Source: Actinomycetes bacterium (lineage in GTDB: Bacteria; Planctomycetota; Phycisphaerae; JAACET01). From it: a DNA stretch of 64,000 nucleotides. The notes beneath the pieces were generated by a model. It worked only from the letters and a program-made list of their open reading frames with translations, was not told where the DNA came from and made no database searches. The position numbers and the translations under genes are program-made. The DNA lies in assembly GCA_030614915.1 (NCBI GenBank), contig JAUXAG010000006.1, positions 1,263 to 65,262 on the forward strand, written 5' to 3'. This document shows positions 9,301 to 18,039 of this stretch, piece after piece (the stretch's first letter is position 1; each line of letters opens with the position of its first letter).

Positions 9301-10137
9301 CATGACCCCCAAGGTCGCAAGTTTGTCATCAACGGACTTGGCTGGGAACGTGGCGAGGTACCTAAGCCAAACTTCTCCGGCATGATGGTGTACAGGCCTG
9401 ACGGGAGCAAGCTTGCCGCGGTGCTTTACTCAGTCGGGACCGCACCGATCGAGTGGAGTGAGTTTGATCCTGATGGCCAGGTGCTACTCAGGGCGACAAT
9501 CGGTAAAGGCCGACGTTTGAGTTCTGCTTCCTTCCTGGGGGCTGACGGAGCCAGGCGGAAATGGGCCGTGAACGACCAGGGCATCGTACACCTTGAACAG
9601 GTCAAGACCTCAGCTGGTGACATAGTCAGCCACAAGGTACCCACGACCCCTCCGGTTGAATCCCTCACCTTCGGGCCGGTGATCGAGCGGGTACTAGACG
9701 GGAGGGACCAGAAGGAGTTTTTGGACTTGGACTCTGGCAAGGTTTTCACTCGACCGTCTGTGCTAAAAACAGATGCAGTCACTACCCGCAATTGGCTTCG
9801 GAGTTTGGGTATAGATCTCAATGCGTGGGCACGGCGGACCTCAGATGGCTATGAGTGGTCGATCTTTGGGTTTGACCTTGCGTTGCTACCGGTCTCAGAA
9901 ACGGATTGGGATGGCCTATCAGCTACACAAGTTTCCAAATCTCTGGCGAAAGCCGAGGGAGCCGAGGGGGCTCGTATCTCCGATCTTAAGCAGGATACGA
10001 CTGTCTTACTCAGAACCCGCGAAGGCGGTATGGGCATCCTCCAGATCGTCGGCTTCACTGAAAGGCCCAAAGGCGGCGTCAAGATCCGCTACAAGATGGT
10101 GCAGCAGGCTCAGCCGGGCAAGCCCGCCACGCACTGA
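6394..10137 (+). CDS. BlaR1/MecR1-family M56 peptidase signal transducer with long extracytoplasmic extension: two LamG-type (concanavalin-A-like, Laminin_G_3) domains, coiled coil and ~400-aa C-terminal region of unknown type
   Basis: N-terminal TM helices. HEXXH zinc motif HELAHVSRWD. Two LVAYYPFEGDAKDASGKDNHGT / WQFAPNLWTHITVTFDGSTIKIYINGEL-type segments typical of LamG_3. No penicillin-binding sensor domain. Confidence 0.8.
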   Translation: MQNALNEIASYLLGQSWQIAAVFLVVAGACWVLRKSSAHWRYLLWLIVLAKCLVPPLLSVPVAVLPALPTAAQKSLSAQAPAATVVLPEASVLPLAVAPSEVPVAEPLEIPPQPTFEPTIQPSLTFAQWLCVAWMAGAAAFLLFCLFKAWRTQDRLRRTRRAANADLQAEVAQLAARLGFGMVPKIWLVDGISQPFVWGLLRGGIYLPGNFEGICKAEDRRGILMHELAHVSRWDAAVNSLQVLVQAAFFFHPLVWWANRKIRQEREKCCDEVAIASLAAKPKQYGSAIVEVLVNEYESSKPVPSLAVAGPVKNIEERIKTMMRPNKKFYKRPTWLAVISVLIVAALVIPTALTLTARAEQTAQKRHFEISGIMLPKNLWDQLLLYYSFDQIIDKSKVIDLSGEGHHGQVYGAKHRVDEQRAGAMSFDGQDDYISIPELELREYSFTAWVKTSQTGRSLNNRRIFMLDAGKHFYSIEGNVGGGLSTYATQQMEVNEYDWQFAPNLWTHITVTFDGSTIKIYINGELTESGGESIFSINRALKGEARLGGNASFNGGFWQGVIDEVMLFNRALTKAEVAQLLKATGGTSESAVVGQPAERLSEGLVAYYPFEGDAKDASGKDNHGTPRDQVDYVQGRFGKAAHFDSSKGSHIDLGHYGGFDVNYLTQTVVVSAWVKGSNGVLFSDNTATGWYDFGLEEGKAALWYRPSAWGAREKLLSSRRIDDDKFHHILGVIDGYKFSLYIDGVLDKSHTFSVPKLLWSGTTPNGSSGVSIGACGFKKPNGKPEWGYFDGTVDELRIYNRELAAEEIRSLCNLKATAGSATPQPAAQTAERFSEQTQKVVGQLKAYETDLKMKLAEQRTRLGPDHVLIKGLEERLRIVRRDIASLTAKTAGSPATQPNNATEQAETMYGLFSLLAAEDDFREQGREVVIGWTGQKVAIPGPPAFPEWIKDTSEWQSWRRKKNVRTLTTHDPQGRKFVINGLGWERGEVPKPNFSGMMVYRPDGSKLAAVLYSVGTAPIEWSEFDPDGQVLLRATIGKGRRLSSASFLGADGARRKWAVNDQGIVHLEQVKTSAGDIVSHKVPTTPPVESLTFGPVIERVLDGRDQKEFLDLDSGKVFTRPSVLKTDAVTTRNWLRSLGIDLNAWARRTSDGYEWSIFGFDLALLPVSETDWDGLSATQVSKSLAKAEGAEGARISDLKQDTTVLLRTREGGMGILQIVGFTERPKGGVKIRYKMVQQAQPGKPATH

Positions 10138-10178
10138 CGATCAGCCAATTGGTTAGCGTAGTGAGGGGGGGGGGATGT

Positions 10179-10598
10179 TCAGTCGATCTTTCTGTAGCCC
10201 AGGGCCTGGATGACTTCGAGGATTTCAGTGAGGGTGGGGAAGGGCCTATTGTTAGCCCGCTTGTAGTGATCCACGGCCATGACGAACTCAAACTGCTCGT
10301 CGGTCATTTCGCCCTCTTCGGCAGCCCTGCGGTCTTCCTCACGGCGGATACCAGGCCCTCGCCTTCGGTCGAGGCTCGAGCGGCGATCGACGGCTACGGG
10401 GATGTTGTTCTTCCTGCGGTCGGATCCCGCGCGGCGCTCGACGGGCACCTGGACAGTCTTTCTCCTGCGATCCAGGCCGGTACGACGGTCAAGGACGCTT
10501 CGCCTTCGGTCCGCATCGGAACGTCTCTCATCAGCGGGCCGGCTAGACTCGGGAACCTGGGTATTAGAATTCTGCTCGGTCATGTTTAGTTCCCCCAA
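10179..10598 (-). CDS. Hypothetical protein with N-terminal Arg/Asp-rich (L/S/V)DRR(R) repeats and a conserved-looking C-terminal ~40-aa helical domain
   Basis: At least seven DRR-containing 6-9 aa repeats (DADRRRSV, LDRRTG, LDRRRKTV, SDRRKNN, VDRRSS, LDRRRGPG, EDRRAAEE) followed by EQFEFVMAVDHYKRANNRPFPTLTEILEVIQALGYRK. Confidence 0.5.
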   Translation of the reverse strand: MGELNMTEQNSNTQVPESSRPADERRSDADRRRSVLDRRTGLDRRRKTVQVPVERRAGSDRRKNNIPVAVDRRSSLDRRRGPGIRREEDRRAAEEGEMTDEQFEFVMAVDHYKRANNRPFPTLTEILEVIQALGYRKID

Positions 10599-10660
10599 TG
10601 AGGGTTAGCCAACCAAACCGGCAAACGTGGACCAGAAACGCAAAAGAGCTGGTGCAGCGA

Positions 10661-11098
10661 CTAATCTCCGTCTTCGTCCATAAAAGGGTCGCGACGGAAG
10701 AGGAAGTCTTCTTCATCCTCAATGTTATCGTCATCCACGCGCGGGGGGGTTAGCTCTTCTTCATCTTCGTCATCTTCTTTATCGTGGCCATCGGGCCCGG
10801 CGAGGATGTGGGCTTCCATTTCCTCGCGGACGGTGATGACATCGGTGGCGTCGTCGAGCAACTCGGCGGGGACCAAGACGGCAACGCCTTTGCCAGATCG
10901 GCCGCTTTGCTGGTCCGCGTCGGTGTCAATGGCGGCCTGGATGTCGGCGTCGGCCAGGAGGGTCTGATAAAACTCGGCCTCGGCCCTGTTGGCGGCGAAG
11001 ATGACCGGCACAAGGCCTGAGGATTCCCGGCCGGGCTCGCAGGGCTGTTCAGATTCCTTGTAGGTCACGGCTAACTCCGCAGAGAATAAGACGCCCAA
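10661..11098 (-). CDS. DUF2007-like protein with extremely acidic C-terminal tail
   Basis: VPVIFAANRAEAEFYQTLLADADIQAAI...GKGVAVLVPAELLDDA matches the DUF2007 pattern. C-terminal DGHDKEDDEDEEELTPPRVDDDNIEDEEDFLFRRDPFMDEDGD. True start may be internal. Confidence 0.5.
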   Translation of the reverse strand: MGVLFSAELAVTYKESEQPCEPGRESSGLVPVIFAANRAEAEFYQTLLADADIQAAIDTDADQQSGRSGKGVAVLVPAELLDDATDVITVREEMEAHILAGPDGHDKEDDEDEEELTPPRVDDDNIEDEEDFLFRRDPFMDEDGD

Positions 11099-11548
11099 GT
11101 GTTTTTGATAATTTTATGCTTGAAGCGAGCTTTGGCAAGAGGTTCATAGGGGGGGCAGGAAATTTTTTTTGGGGGTCCGGAAGCTGCCGCTGAGAAGGTT
11201 GCGGGGGGGGCCGGGCTGAGCTCAGAGGAGGGCAGGTCGGGAAAAAAGCTCCTCCAGGGGGTGATAATATGGCCCCAGAGGAGCTAGGCAGGGCTTGGGT
11301 GGGTATTCCGGGCAAGGGGTGCAGGGGCTTGGGCCCCAAAGGCAGGTCCAAGGGAGGGGCAGAGGGGGTCCGCTGAGCAAAGGGTGCCAGGGAGAAAAAG
11401 TTCTTGTTTTGACGGTATCTGGCGTTATAATAGTAGCTTGAATTGTGGTGCCAGGGGCCGAGCATAAGCACCACCAACGGGCTGGGGGGCAAGGCCCGGA
11501 ACAGAGGGCCGCAGCGTCGGCGGACCTCAAAGGCCAACAGCGGCCAGT

Positions 11549-12913
11549 TTGCCAGGCCCCCAGCAGGAGAAAACCTTCGAGGTGGATACTCCGGTGCTAT
11601 GGCTGTGCATACTGTGCACGGCCCTTGGCCTGTTCTTTTCTATCAACAACTATACCCTGCGACATCTAACGTCGAGCGAGTTGGAGGCTATTCTGCGCCA
11701 GCGTCAGCCGGCCAAGTCCAGACGATGGGCAGTGGTAGATATCCAAGAGCTATTTTTGACCACCGCCTGCATGCGTTTTGCCTGCATTGTTGGTACAGTG
11801 CTGTGTATCGTCTATATGCTCATGAGCAAGGGTCTGTTCGCCGGCAGTCTCAAGGCTCAAGATGATCAACTGCTGCTCAGTCCGCAAGCCTTTGGCTGGG
11901 CACTGCTGGCTATTCTATTGATATCCAGCCCTATCGTGGCCCTGTTTTTCGTTGGTTTGCCGGTGGCCTGGTCGCGCTATGGTGGCCAAGCCGCTCTGGT
12001 AAAGAGCCTGCCCATCCTGCGTATTTTTTATGTGCTACTTTGGCCGGTGGTCCGCTTGCTGAGATCGTTCGAGCGGCTGGTACAGATTTTTCACCGTGAA
12101 AGGCCGGACGCGGCGGCCAAAGAACTGGAGCAGGATATTATGTCGGCAGTTGATGAAGGCACGCGGGAAGGGCTGTTGGGCCGCGATGAACGCAGCATGA
12201 TTAAAAGACTCATCGATTTTCACGACACTCAGGCGAGCAGTATAATGACGCCGCGCACGGAGATAGTGGCCGTCGAAGCCGGAGCCAGTCTGAAAGACAT
12301 AGAGGAACTGACGGCTACGGAGGGGCATTCACGGATTCCGGTCTACGAGCAAAGCCTGGACAACATCGTGGGGATGCTCTACGCCAAGGATGTGCTGCTC
12401 CACCTAGCCAACGGTGGGGAATTGTTTGACGTTCGTAAGATAATGCGGCCACCGATATTTGTGCCCCAGACCAAACGAATTGCAGATTTGCTGCGGGAGC
12501 TCAAGGCCAAGAAGGTGCACATAGTCGTGGTTCTCGACGAGTACGGGGGCACAAGCGGTCTGGTAAGTATAGAAGATATCCTGGAGGAAATCGTGGGGGA
12601 AATCGAGGACGAGTATGAGCCGCCGAGCCCGGAACCTTTGGTCCGGCTGGATGAGCATACGGTGGAAGTGGATGCCAAGGTCCGCGTGGAGCAGTTGGCT
12701 GAAGAGCTGAACGTCCAAGTGAACAACGACCAGGATGTGGATACAGTGGGCGGTCTGGTCTTTTCGCTGCTGGGGTACGTACCCCGGAAGGGCCAAGAGG
12801 TGGAACACCAGCGGTTGCGGTTCACAGTCCTGGATGCTGAGCGTCGGAAGATCAAGCGCTTGAAAGTAGAGGTGCAGTCCACGGTGAACGGTGCACAGAA
12901 CGAGGGAGACTGA
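11549..12913 (+). CDS. CNNM/CorC/HlyC-family protein (DUF21 transmembrane + CBS pair + CorC_HlyC C-terminal domain)
   Basis: DUF21-like TM region, CBS pair (IMTPRTEIVAVEAGASL...; IVVVLDEYGGTSGLVSIEDILEEIVGEIEDE), and C-terminal transporter-associated domain. Start uncertain. Confidence 0.8.
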   Translation: MPGPQQEKTFEVDTPVLWLCILCTALGLFFSINNYTLRHLTSSELEAILRQRQPAKSRRWAVVDIQELFLTTACMRFACIVGTVLCIVYMLMSKGLFAGSLKAQDDQLLLSPQAFGWALLAILLISSPIVALFFVGLPVAWSRYGGQAALVKSLPILRIFYVLLWPVVRLLRSFERLVQIFHRERPDAAAKELEQDIMSAVDEGTREGLLGRDERSMIKRLIDFHDTQASSIMTPRTEIVAVEAGASLKDIEELTATEGHSRIPVYEQSLDNIVGMLYAKDVLLHLANGGELFDVRKIMRPPIFVPQTKRIADLLRELKAKKVHIVVVLDEYGGTSGLVSIEDILEEIVGEIEDEYEPPSPEPLVRLDEHTVEVDAKVRVEQLAEELNVQVNNDQDVDTVGGLVFSLLGYVPRKGQEVEHQRLRFTVLDAERRKIKRLKVEVQSTVNGAQNEGD

Positions 12914-12950
12914 ATTGGGGGGGATCAATAGCCCGGCAAAGAGGCGATAA

Positions 12951-13721
12951 GTGCTGGTAAAAGATATCGGTATCTGCGTGGGGCGTCAGGAGTACTCGGA
13001 AACCTCGCAAATCGCAACGATTTTCACCCGTGGTCAGGGTAAAATCCGTGGGATAGCCAAGGGTGCCCGCCGAGCGAAGAGCAAGTTCGGCGGGGGCATT
13101 GAGCTGCTGAGCCGAGGGCAGGTGGTGTTTAGTCCTGGGCACGGCAGGGGACTTGTTACCCTGACCGAATGGACGGCTCAAGAGAACTACCTGGGACTGA
13201 GGCGCGATTTGCGGCAACTTTATCGAGCGTATTACCTGGCGGAACTGGTCGATCTTTTTACCGAGGAACAGGACCGGCACGAGCAGTTGTACGATTTTTT
13301 CTGCCAAGGGCTCAGCGAGCTTTCTTCGGGGCGGGGCTGGGAGGAGTTTCTTGTCTTTCAGGTGCGGCTGCTGATGGAGGTGGGGCTGAGCCCGCAGTTG
13401 TCCAGCTGCGGGCGTTGCGGGAAGGGTTCCGGGGGCAGGGCGGCTGGGCATATAAGCTTCAGCGAGGGGGGAATATTGTGCCGGGGCTGTGCCGGGGGAG
13501 TGTCGGAAAAGGAGCGGATTTCGCCGGCGGGGCTGGAAATTCTGCGTAAGCTGTCCAGCCATGCTGCAAGAAGCCCGACAAACGAGCCGACATATAAACA
13601 GGGCGAAGCCGGCGGGGCTGTTCTGGAGGATGAGAAAGGCCGACAGGCCCAGAAGCTGCTGAACTATTGGGTTCGGTCGGCCCTGAATCGCGAGCCAAAG
13701 ACCGCTTACCTGCTGTGTTGA
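12951..13721 (+). CDS. recO: DNA repair protein RecO
   Basis: N-terminal OB-fold pattern ...ETSQIATIFTRGQGKIRGIAKGARR. Cys4 zinc finger CGRCG...CRGC. GTG start. Confidence 0.85.
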   Translation: MLVKDIGICVGRQEYSETSQIATIFTRGQGKIRGIAKGARRAKSKFGGGIELLSRGQVVFSPGHGRGLVTLTEWTAQENYLGLRRDLRQLYRAYYLAELVDLFTEEQDRHEQLYDFFCQGLSELSSGRGWEEFLVFQVRLLMEVGLSPQLSSCGRCGKGSGGRAAGHISFSEGGILCRGCAGGVSEKERISPAGLEILRKLSSHAARSPTNEPTYKQGEAGGAVLEDEKGRQAQKLLNYWVRSALNREPKTAYLLC

Positions 13722-13803
13722 AGTCAGCCAAGAAGGGGGTATAATAAGCGGGGCAAACTGCTTATGAGCTGGTGAGAATATTACAAGGTACAGAGGAAAA
13801 CGA

Positions 13804-14814
13804 ATGAAGCTTCGAATAGCCGCTCATCTCGGGATTGCCAGTGCTGTGGGGCTGATTGTGTGCTGGCCGGGTCCGCTGCAGGCCAAGCAGTGGCTATTTA
13901 GACCGCAAGGCGAACAGGAGGTCAAGGCGGGCAAGATAAGTCCGGACCGACAAGAACTGGATGAGGCCCATCGGCTTCTGGTTCAGGGTAAAGCAGGCAA
14001 GGCTCATAAGTTGCTGGGCAAATGGTTTAAGACGTTTCCCGACTCGGCTCTGAATGCGGAGGCGATGTACTATACAGGGCAAAGCCTGGAAGGTTTGGGT
14101 AAGCTGTATAAGGCGTTCGAGAAATACGAAGAACTTCTGCAGGAGTTCGGGGATACGGAATATTTCCACAAGGCTCTGGAGGCTCAGTTCGCAATTGCCC
14201 GAGAGTACCTGAATGGGAGAAAGCGCCCAATACTGGGCATTTTTAGGGTTTCAGCGGATGATGTAGGAGTGAAGATATTAGAGCGGATTCCGGAGCGCCA
14301 GCCGAGCAGTCTCTTGGCAGAACGCTCCTTGATACTGCTGGGTGATTACTACCTGGCAAAGAAGAAATATGACGAGGCTGTATATGCTTACGATCAACTG
14401 ATCGTGAGTTACTCGTCAAGCGCTTTTGTTCGGAAGGCGCGTCTTCAGGCGGCCAAGGCTTATCTGGGAAACTTTAAAGGCTCGGCGTTTGATCCAGCAC
14501 CGCTGATAGAGGCTAAAGAACGTCTGCTGGAATACCAGGCGCTTTACGGACCGAACGCACAGAGCAGCGAAGTGCAAGCGATGCTGGCAAAGATAGAAGA
14601 GTTGCAGGCCCGTCGGGCCTACGAGATCGGGCAATTTTATCAGCGGACCGGCAAAAAGGACTCGGCGAGGGTGAGTTTTGAAGGGGTTATCCGCCGCTGG
14701 CCGAATACCAAATGGGCGTCCAAGGCCCAGAGCAAGCTCAAAAAACTGGGCAAGAAAAGGGCGGATCAGGCGGGGCAGTTTCCGGCAGTGGTGAAATCGC
14801 TCAAAAAGGAATGA
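13804..14814 (+). CDS. bamD: BamD/YfiO-like TPR lipoprotein (outer membrane protein assembly factor-like)
   Basis: Signal peptide. TPR-like repeats. Typical BamD length (336 aa). Lys-rich C-terminus. Confidence 0.65.
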   Translation: MKLRIAAHLGIASAVGLIVCWPGPLQAKQWLFRPQGEQEVKAGKISPDRQELDEAHRLLVQGKAGKAHKLLGKWFKTFPDSALNAEAMYYTGQSLEGLGKLYKAFEKYEELLQEFGDTEYFHKALEAQFAIAREYLNGRKRPILGIFRVSADDVGVKILERIPERQPSSLLAERSLILLGDYYLAKKKYDEAVYAYDQLIVSYSSSAFVRKARLQAAKAYLGNFKGSAFDPAPLIEAKERLLEYQALYGPNAQSSEVQAMLAKIEELQARRAYEIGQFYQRTGKKDSARVSFEGVIRRWPNTKWASKAQSKLKKLGKKRADQAGQFPAVVKSLKKE

Positions 14815-14818
14815 GACG

Positions 14819-15337
14819 ATGAAAAAGTCCTGGACTATGTGTCTGGTGGTCGTTTGGGCGGCAACTATGCCGGGTTGTGGGCGTACCGATCCGAGAGTCG
14901 GATATACCAACCGGAGCCTGTTCGACGAAAGCATCAAGTCGGTAGAGGTGCGAATTTTTTCCACCAAGGAGTTCCGGCGAGGGCTGGAGTTTGAGTTGAC
15001 CGAGGCTCTGGTCAAGCGGATAGAGGCGGACACACCGTACAAGGTTCTAAAGGGGCCCCAGGCGGATACGGTGCTGGAAGGTCAACTGGTGACTGTACCG
15101 CAAGCAGTGCTGGCCGATCTGTATGGGAGCGACCTGCCGGCTGAAAAACAACAGCGGCTGGCGGTGAATTTTACATGGAAGGATCGTCGTAGCGGCCAAA
15201 TATTGGCCAAAGGCAGCAATCTGCGGGTGGTGGCTGAGTATGCCCCGCCGGTGGGCGAGACCTTCTTTACGGGCCAACAGGAACTGATGGACGAGATGGC
15301 TCGTAAGATAGTCGGCCGGATGCGTGAACCTTGGTGA
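14819..15337 (+). CDS. lptE: LptE/RlpB-like LPS-assembly lipoprotein (tentative)
   Basis: 172-aa lipoprotein (signal ...AATMPGC). Size and position right after bamD-like gene. Weak family resemblance only. Confidence 0.45.
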   Translation: MKKSWTMCLVVVWAATMPGCGRTDPRVGYTNRSLFDESIKSVEVRIFSTKEFRRGLEFELTEALVKRIEADTPYKVLKGPQADTVLEGQLVTVPQAVLADLYGSDLPAEKQQRLAVNFTWKDRRSGQILAKGSNLRVVAEYAPPVGETFFTGQQELMDEMARKIVGRMREPW

Positions 15338-15375
15338 GAGCCGGCGAAGCGAGTGTTGAAAAGCGGGAACCATTT

Positions 15376-17322
15376 ATGGCCAATCAAAACGATACGAATA
15401 AGCACAAGGCAAGCGGACCTTCGGGTCCGGGCAAGGGTGGGCCGGCGCCGAAGTTTTCGCGGGGGATTATGGGCTGGCTGGTGGGGATAATGCTGGCGGC
15501 CGTGCTGATCGCGGTGGTCTTTCAGGCAGGAGGGAGAAAAAGCTGGAGCCAGCCGGACTTCTGGCAAGCCAAGCAAGAGGGGCGCATACGGGGGGAGGTT
15601 ACTCTTAAAGATACCTCTATAGAGGGTGAGGGTATCGACGCCAAAGGCGAAGATGTCAACTTTGTGGTTGAGCTTCCGACCGGTCTGGTGGGTGACAATG
15701 ACTTTATCAAGCAATTTAGCGAAGGAGAGAACCCGGTAGAATACACCGTTGTGCGGACGCCGCTGCTGCTGCAAATACTGGCGACTATGCTGCCGTGGAT
15801 ACTGATAGTGGCGGTGGTGTGGTTTTTGGTGTTTCGGCAGATGCGCGGGGCAGCGGGCGGAGGAGGACTTCTGGGCAGCTTCGGGCGCAGCCGGCATCGA
15901 GTGGTTGCCAAGGAGCGGACGGACATTACCTTCCAGGACGTGGCGGGGATTGAAGAGGCCAAGGAAGAGGTTACAGAGCTGATCGAGTTCCTGCGGAACC
16001 CGGGCAAGTTTCAACGGCTGGGCGGACGGATTCCGCGGGGAGTGCTGCTGATCGGGGCGCCGGGGACGGGTAAGACGCTGTTGGCCCGGGCGATAGCCGG
16101 TGAAGCCAATGTGCCGTTTATGCATATCAGCGGGTCGGACTTCGTGGAGATGTTCGTGGGGGTGGGGGCATCGCGAGTCCGGGACCTGTTCAAACAGGCG
16201 AAGGATGCGTCTCCGTGCATTATCTTTCTGGATGAGATCGACGCGGTCGGCCGACGGCGGGGAGCGGGCTTTAACGGCGGCGGTGGCCACGATGAGCGAG
16301 AACAGACCCAGAATGCCATCCTGGTGGAGAGGGACGGGTTCGATAGTAACGACCAGGTAATCGTGATCGCCGCCACGAACCGGGCGGACGTGCTGGACCC
16401 GGCCTTGACCCGCCCGGGAAGGTTCGACAGACAGGTTTATATACCGCTGCCGGATATCAAAGGGCGGCTGGAGATTCTGAAGGTGCATGCCCGGAAGGTT
16501 AAGCTCTCGCCGGATGCGGATCTGGGTCGGCTGGCGCGAGGGACGGGAATGCTGGCGGGGGCAGACCTGGCGGCGATTATCAACGAGGCGGCGATCGGGG
16601 CGACGATGGCGGGCAAGGAGGCAGTGGAGCTGTCGGATTTGGAAGAGGCTCGGGATAAGATGCACTGGGGGCGGGCACGGAAGAGCCAAGTTATAGATGA
16701 GAATGAAAAGAAGGTTACGGCCTATCATGAGGCGGGGCACGCTTTGATAACCCATCTTCTGCCGGAGGCTGAGCCGCTGCATAAAGTTTCGATTATTCCG
16801 CGGGGCCAAGCCTTGGGGGCAACGTTCCAATTGCCCGAGCAGGACAGACACCTGTGGACCAAACGCCGGGCCATGAGCGAGATTCAGGTAGCCCTGGGAG
16901 GAAGGGCGTCCGAGCAGATGTTCTGCGACGATATTTCCTCGGGCGCAGCCGAGGATATCCGCAAGGCCACCGCCCTGGCCAGGTGGATGGTCTGCGATTG
17001 GGGAATGAGCGAGAAGGTGGGCCTAGTGAGGCACACGAAGGAGGCCTCGCAGACCCCCTGGGGCGACGTGCATGCCCCGGGCGAGTACTCGGACGAGACA
17101 GCCCGAATAATTGACGAGGAGATCAAGGCCCTGCTGGATAAGGCCTATAGCAAGGCCGAGGATATGCTCAAAGACCACCGCCAGCAGCTCGAGCATTTAG
17201 CCCAGGCCCTGCTCAAATACGAGACCCTCGACGTTACTGACGTCGAGCGAATCTTCAAGGGCGAGAGCCTCGAAAAATCCACCGTCGCCGATTTGATTGA
17301 GAAGGAAAGCGAGAAGGCGTAG
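15376..17322 (+). CDS. ftsH: ATP-dependent zinc metalloprotease FtsH
   Basis: N-terminal TM. Walker [12 protein letters not shown] region. HEAGHAL zinc motif. ATG at 15376; the ORF track starts at an upstream TTG at 15331. Confidence 0.95.
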   Translation: MANQNDTNKHKASGPSGPGKGGPAPKFSRGIMGWLVGIMLAAVLIAVVFQAGGRKSWSQPDFWQAKQEGRIRGEVTLKDTSIEGEGIDAKGEDVNFVVELPTGLVGDNDFIKQFSEGENPVEYTVVRTPLLLQILATMLPWILIVAVVWFLVFRQMRGAAGGGGLLGSFGRSRHRVVAKERTDITFQDVAGIEEAKEEVTELIEFLRNPGKFQRLGGRIPRGVLLIGAPGTGKTLLARAIAGEANVPFMHISGSDFVEMFVGVGASRVRDLFKQAKDASPCIIFLDEIDAVGRRRGAGFNGGGGHDEREQTQNAILVERDGFDSNDQVIVIAATNRADVLDPALTRPGRFDRQVYIPLPDIKGRLEILKVHARKVKLSPDADLGRLARGTGMLAGADLAAIINEAAIGATMAGKEAVELSDLEEARDKMHWGRARKSQVIDENEKKVTAYHEAGHALITHLLPEAEPLHKVSIIPRGQALGATFQLPEQDRHLWTKRRAMSEIQVALGGRASEQMFCDDISSGAAEDIRKATALARWMVCDWGMSEKVGLVRHTKEASQTPWGDVHAPGEYSDETARIIDEEIKALLDKAYSKAEDMLKDHRQQLEHLAQALLKYETLDVTDVERIFKGESLEKSTVADLIEKESEKA

Positions 17323-17586
17323 ACAGCCGCGGGCAACTAGCTTTTTCTGTCAAGTCTATTCAAGTTTAACGCCCTCGCGAGCAAATCCCAACAGAGCCAT
17401 TCTTATTCAAAGGGGAGCGACACAGTTCGTCATTCTTTTCTAATTTCCTTACCTTGACTCCGAGCCTAGAAGCTTCATCCGCATCGATTACCACACCGTG
17501 AGCAAGCGCGCCAAAATCGGGCAAACCAAGGTAAGTCGCGAAAGAGCCGTACTCAGTAAGACAATGCTGAGAAATGACTTACAAAA

Positions 17587-17661
17587 ATGCGCCCGGCAGG
17601 ACTCGAACCTGCGACCTGCGGTTTAGGAAACCGCCGCTCTATCCGGACTGAGCTACGAGCG
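17587..17661 (-). tRNA. tRNA-Arg (anticodon CCT)
   Basis: Reverse complement GCGCTCGTAGCTCAGTCCGGATAGAGCGGCGGTTTCCTAAACCGCAGGTCGCAGGTTCGAGTCCTGCCGGGCGCA folds as a cloverleaf: 7-bp acceptor stem, D arm GCTC/GAGC, anticodon stem GCGGT/ACCGC with loop TTCCTAA, T arm GCAGG-TTCGAGT-CCTGC. CCA is not encoded. Confidence 0.85.
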
Positions 17662-18039
17662 CAACATACTTTTTCATAAAGAGATACAACTCCAACAAAA
17701 ACCACGAATACCTTCTACGACAAGCTTTACGATAACCACGCTGGGGGGTGTACTGACGTCTAAGAGAGCGGATATCTGTGGTCTCTGGTGAGGTCCCTAG
17801 GTATGCATACCCCAGCCGCTTTGCTGTCCCCTGTTATGCCGGACGCTGATGGTTTTGCTCTAAGAAGTCTACCAGAGCTCCAGGAGTCAAGATAGAGTTA
17901 AATGCCAGAGATCTTGTATGATAATGCCCCGGCGGATGCTGAAGCAGCATCTGCCGAGCCAACATACTGTGCGGCCCATGGCGATTATAGTCCGAGCGGC
18001 AGTATTACCTGGACCAACGTTGCCAGCGGGTTGTTGTCC

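Noticed and set aside
10165-10174. G10 homopolymer as a phase-variation switch
   Set aside because: It lies outside any CDS (just 3' of a stop codon). It is noted only as a possible slipped-strand site and is not called a regulatory feature.
11049-11537. 162-aa Pro-rich minus-strand ORF
   Set aside because: It lies in the G-tract-rich non-coding region, its translation is pure low complexity, and it is more plausibly non-coding.
15082-16851. 589-aa minus-strand ORF
   Set aside because: It is antisense to ftsH, whose Walker A, SRH and HEAGH motifs make the plus frame certain. Long antisense ORFs of this kind are an artefact of high GC.
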